This document shows, piece by piece, positions 60,216 to 64,000 of a DNA stretch of 64,000 nucleotides (positions are counted from its first letter, which is position 1; every line of letters starts with the position of its first letter). Where the stretch lies: contig OZ024741.1 in assembly GCA_964016885.1 (NCBI GenBank), positions 354,826,001 through 354,890,000 of the forward strand. Reading direction: 5' to 3'. This DNA is from Eledone cirrhosa (lineage: Eukaryota). The notes beneath the pieces were generated by a model. The model was not told where the DNA came from, ran no database searches, and saw only the letters and a list, made by a program, of their open reading frames with translations. Made by a program: the position numbers and the translations under genes.

Positions 60216-62468
60216 CATCATCATCATCATCATCATCACCGTTTTACGTCCGTTCTTCCACGCTAGCATGGGTTAGACGGGTTGTCCTGTTGTGGGCAGT
60301 GTCTGGTCGGCTGACCATGCCTTGCTCATACAGGAACTGATCTGGCTTGATTTCTACAGCTGGATGCCCTTCCTAACACCAACCTCATTTACAGTGAGTG
60401 CTGGGTGCTTTTTCGTGGCGCCTACACGTCCACTTTACAGTGTGGGCTGGGTGCTTTTTTGCCGTGGCACCTCCACGACCACCTTGCGGTGGGGGGAGTG
60501 GGGGCATATTGTTTATATGCTTCAGCATGTACCCATGGGAGGTCGGGTACCCTGTATTACTGCGTGACGCCAGAAGTCACGGTCGTGTGTCATTGACTTT
60601 GAGAGGTGTAGTTGGGTAAGGTCGGCTTTTATCACCTCATCCCAAGTCATCTTGGGTCTCCCCACTCCGCGGTTTCCATCAACTTCTAGTGCTCTGCACC
60701 TTTTTATGCAGCTGTCATCCTTCATACGCATCACATGTCCATACCAGCGTAACCGCCTCTCCTGCATGCAGCATTTGATTCCTCTTATGCTCAGTCTCTC
60801 TCTCAATTCCTTTATGCTTTGTCGTTCACGTATATTACTGTTACACATCCATCGGACCATGCAGGCTTCGTTTCTCTCTAATCTACGTAAGTCTTCCACC
60901 TTCAGCGCCCAGGTCTCACTACCATGCAACATCGCTGTTCGGATACACGCATCATACAGTCTGCCTTTCATTCTGAGGGAGAAGCCTTTTGCAGCTAGCA
61001 GTGGTAGTAGTTCCCTAAACTTCTTCCATCCCGTTCTTACCCTAGTTATTGTACTTTCTGAGCACCCACCTCCGTTGCTAATTCGGTCACCTAGGTAGCA
61101 GAAGCTGTCTACTGTTTCTACAGGGCCCTCCCAGAGATTGGTGGTACTTGTTTCCTGTGGCTGTTTGCTTGCTGTTTCAGCACAGCTGCTGCATGTGAAT
61201 CCTACATTCTTAATTAAGCTTCCTGAGATCCCGCTACATCTCTTGTGTACCCATTGTTTGCATTTGGGGCAGAGAATGGAGTTTCTACCTACACCTTTCC
61301 TACATACTGAGCAAGGCCATTTCCCTGAGGGGATCTGGGTTCTGTTTTCTCGTCTACTTACAAGGACCTTAGTCTTTGTCATGTTGACTTTGAGGCCCTT
61401 TCTCTCTAGTCCCTGCTTCCAGGTTTGGAATTTATTCTCTAGTTCTACCATAGATTCAGCTATGAGTGCGAGGTCATCAGCATACAGGAGTTCCCATGGG
61501 CATCCGGTCTTAAACTCCTCCGTTATTGCCTGCAGGACTATGATGAACAGGAGAGGGCTAAGAACAGAGCCCTGGTGGACCCCAACCTGTACGCTAAATT
61601 CCTCGCTATACTCATTGCCAATCCTAACTTTGCTGACTGCTCCCCTATACATGGCTTGTACCGCTTTCACAAGCCATTCATCTACTCCTAGTTTTCTAAG
61701 AGCCCACCAGATTACTGCACGTGGAACTCTGTCAAAGGCTTTCTCAAGGTCGACAAATGCCAAGTAGAGTGGCTTACTTTTAGCTAGGTACTTTTCCTGT
61801 AATTGCCTCACAAGGAAGAGGGCATCAGTGGTGCCTTTCCCTGGTACAAACCCAAATTGCATCTCGTCTATATTCACCCGGTCCCTAATCAGCTGTGCTA
61901 TAACTCTTTCTGTTACTTTCATGACCTGGTCCATCAACTTTATACCTCTATAGTTTCCTCTATCTAGTGCATCGCCTTTACCTTTGTAGCAGTTGACAAT
62001 GATGCTACTGCACCAATCTTTTGGTATGGCCCCCTCTAGTATTACCTGGTTAACGATACGTGTGGTTATAGTGTGACCTACAGACCCAGATGCCTTCAGC
62101 ATCTCGGCAGCTATACCCGATGGACCGGTTGCCTTCCCTATCTTCATATCTCTGATTGCCTTACTTACTACGCTGCCGCTGACTTGTACTGCTGGTCCCT
62201 CTATAGGGTCTACGTGGGGTAGGGTCTCTTCTTTCCATGCATTCTCCTCATTTAGTAATCTATCATAATGACTCTTCCATGCATCTTTCTTCTCAGCACT
62301 TGTGAGGGCAAGCTCACCTTTATCATTCCGGATACACTTCTCTCCAATGACATCACAACTATCTCTGACACACTGCCTCGCAATCTTGAATACCTCCTGT
62401 TTCTGGTCCTCACGTTGTAAAACATGCTTGAATTTTCTATCCTCTGCTTCCCTCCTAGCTAAGTATAC
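60216..62468 (-). mobile_element. Young 5'-truncated RTE LINE inserted in (TA)n
   Basis: (ATG)n tail at 60216-60237, a 3' UTR, then an uninterrupted ORF up to the truncation point beside a (TA)n run. Confidence 0.96.
60522..62468 (-). CDS. RTE reverse transcriptase ORF, 5'-truncated (APE endonuclease domain missing)
   Basis: The frame is open from 62468 (VYLARREAEDRKFK...) through NYRGIKL, QFGF, FVDLEKAFD, GVHQGSVLSPLLF and LLYADD, then a C4HC3 finger and RLRWYGHVMR, to the stop at 60522. Confidence 0.9.
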   Translation of the reverse strand, partial: VYLARREAEDRKFKHVLQREDQKQEVFKIARQCVRDSCDVIGEKCIRNDKGELALTSAEKKDAWKSHYDRLLNEENAWKEETLPHVDPIEGPAVQVSGSVVSKAIRDMKIGKATGPSGIAAEMLKASGSVGHTITTRIVNQVILEGAIPKDWCSSIIVNCYKGKGDALDRGNYRGIKLMDQVMKVTERVIAQLIRDRVNIDEMQFGFVPGKGTTDALFLVRQLQEKYLAKSKPLYLAFVDLEKAFDRVPRAVIWWALRKLGVDEWLVKAVQAMYRGAVSKVRIGNEYSEEFSVQVGVHQGSVLSPLLFIIVLQAITEEFKTGCPWELLYADDLALIAESMVELENKFQTWKQGLERKGLKVNMTKTKVLVSRRENRTQIPSGKWPCSVCRKGVGRNSILCPKCKQWVHKRCSGISGSLIKNVGFTCSSCAETASKQPQETSTTNLWEGPVETVDSFCYLGDRISNGGGCSESTITRVRTGWKKFRELLPLLAAKGFSLRMKGRLYDACIRTAMLHGSETWALKVEDLRRLERNEACMVRWMCNSNIRERQSIKELRERLSIRGIKCCMQERRLRWYGHVMRMKDDSCIKRCRALEVDGNRGVGRPKMTWDEVIKADLTQLHLSKSMTHDRDFWRHAVIQGTRPPMGTC

Positions 62469-62546
62469 TTATATATATATATATATATATAATATTCAAA
62501 ATATTAATAAATGAGAAATATTTTCATAACCAAAGTATATATTTTA

Positions 62547-63401
62547 TCTATATATCTAAAACAGAGAATGTCTGTCTGTCTGACTCCCTAAAACTCAAGA
62601 ACCACCCAACCAATTTTTTTCAAACTTTACACATGTAATACTTATGGCCGTGTGAGTGTTTTGAGCAAAAAATATTTTAAATTTTCAATGCCCTAGGGAC
62701 CGCATTAGGCGCCGTTTAGCGATCTCTCTATAATTTTTAGTCTGTCTTTTCAGATAGATACATAGCTACAACGTCGCGCCCTTATAATATCTGTCCGTAT
62801 GTCTGGCTGTCTGCATTACGACATTATGACGCTATATGTGTGTGTGTGTATATATATATATAGTGTGTAACGTTTTTCGAAATATTTACTTCTGCGTTCA
62901 CAGATTGATTTTTTTTAGTTTCAGAAGATCGCTTAAACTTTAAATTTTAATATATATATATATATATATTCGTGTACAGATATTTTTGCATACACAATAA
63001 CAAAATATAAACAAACGTATTTATTTCACAAGGCTCGATAAGGATAAATATATATCAAATATATAAGAACTCTAAAGCAAATATTGTTCTCATTGCTGAC
63101 AAGGCAGAATGGGATATACACGATTGGCTGAAGAAGGACGAGACTGTGTTAGTAGTACGACCAACGGCCGCTATCACACCAACAGCAGCAAAAACAACAA
63201 CAAAAAAAGAGAGGGAAAACAATTACATGCTTTTGAAAAATCTTAATGGAAAATTATTTGCCTCTTCACCCAAGGCGACTTCACTTCTTATTAGGACTTT
63301 TGCATCAATTGGTGAACATACAACGAAACTATTTCAGAAAGGAGGGATAAACATGCCAATCTATGTTTAGAATACCGAGCAACGCCGCGCCATTCTGCTA
63401 G
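62547..63401 (+). mobile_element. Non-autonomous Helitron, complete unit
   Basis: A|TCTATATATCTAAAACAGAG(tctg)n ... ccgagcaacgccgcgccattctgCTAG|T, inserted between A and T with no TSD. Confidence 0.85.
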
Positions 63402-64000
63402 TTATACATATTTCAAGGGTACAATGGTTTTGAGTACGTTTTCGTCAGATGAAACATAAGAGATTGGTTATTTGACATACCCCTAAGGTCTTGAACCTTC
63501 AATCCACAAATACTATGTAAACTTTTGGTTATATCATCATCATCATCTTCGTTTAACGTCCATCTTCCATGCTAGCATGGGTTAGTGTGTGTGTATGTTT
63601 TTGCATGCGTATAGTTATTAATTTATGTGTGCATATGTAACTCTATATAGATATGTATAGGTGAGTATTTCATAGGGTGTATAAGAAAGTATATACAATA
63701 GGTTTATGTATAATAAACATACGAGAGTCTCACTATGAACTCTTCTTTAAAGCAGTGATGATGTCACAGCTATCTCTGTAGTGATGAGAATGCCAAATAT
63801 TTATTTCTGGATTTTTACCCATCATCAGTCTCATTGCTTCTGAGACAAAGGTTTAAACACCTGTATGGATTTGAAACATCGGCTGGAAATGATCATTTGC
63901 ATATAGTGTGAACCTGACTGGTGAAATGTAAGTATTCATTTAGATATATATGTATATATATATATATATACATATATATGAAAAAAGTCAGAACCCCGAC

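Noticed and set aside
60652-61767. Plus-strand ORFs of 148 and 209 aa (and those at 14993-15906)
   Set aside because: They are antisense shadows of the RTE reverse transcriptase frame.
63755-63925. Possible box C/D snoRNA (GTGATGA ... CTGA) or exon ending at gtaagt
   Set aside because: Terminal stems are weak, no rRNA/snRNA complementarity was recognised, and every frame has a stop before the donor.

Overview
This is AT-rich, repeat-dense animal genomic DNA. Spliceosomal introns, abundant (TA)n/(CA)n/(CAT)n microsatellites, RTE LINEs and Deu/Nin-domain tRNA-SINEs suggest a mollusc, probably an octopod cephalopod; that assignment is an inference. Host genes: (1) the last six coding exons of an inositol-1,4,5-trisphosphate 3-kinase (+, 216-8937, 797 coding nt, all GT-AG introns with compatible phases); (2) the first coding exon of BPNT1 (+, 32281-32406), with no further exon recognised in the window; (3) two tRNA-Ala genes exactly 500 bp apart (TGC and AGC). 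Most of the rest is transposon-derived: three RTE LINE copies (one with a 1.9-kb uninterrupted frame and a PHD-type finger after the RT core), R4/Dong-like, Tx1 and Penelope remnants (the last with a degenerate hammerhead ribozyme), a Buster/Charlie hAT element with a perfect 8-bp TSD and an internal 40-bp satellite, a mariner relic, TTAA- and TA-flanked MITEs, and composite non-autonomous Helitrons with head-to-tail junctions. The most unusual stretch is 49.4-51.5 kb, a compact, foreign-looking module. It holds an SGNH-hydrolase C-terminus, a convergent intact 119-aa stand-alone SPOP/BACK-like ORF bracketed by ~85-bp direct repeats, and a GC-rich coding-like segment between ~220-bp inverted repeats that each carry a poly(A) signal. 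All homology calls are by eye from remembered family motifs; no searches were run, and repeat boundaries are approximate unless termini or TSDs are quoted.
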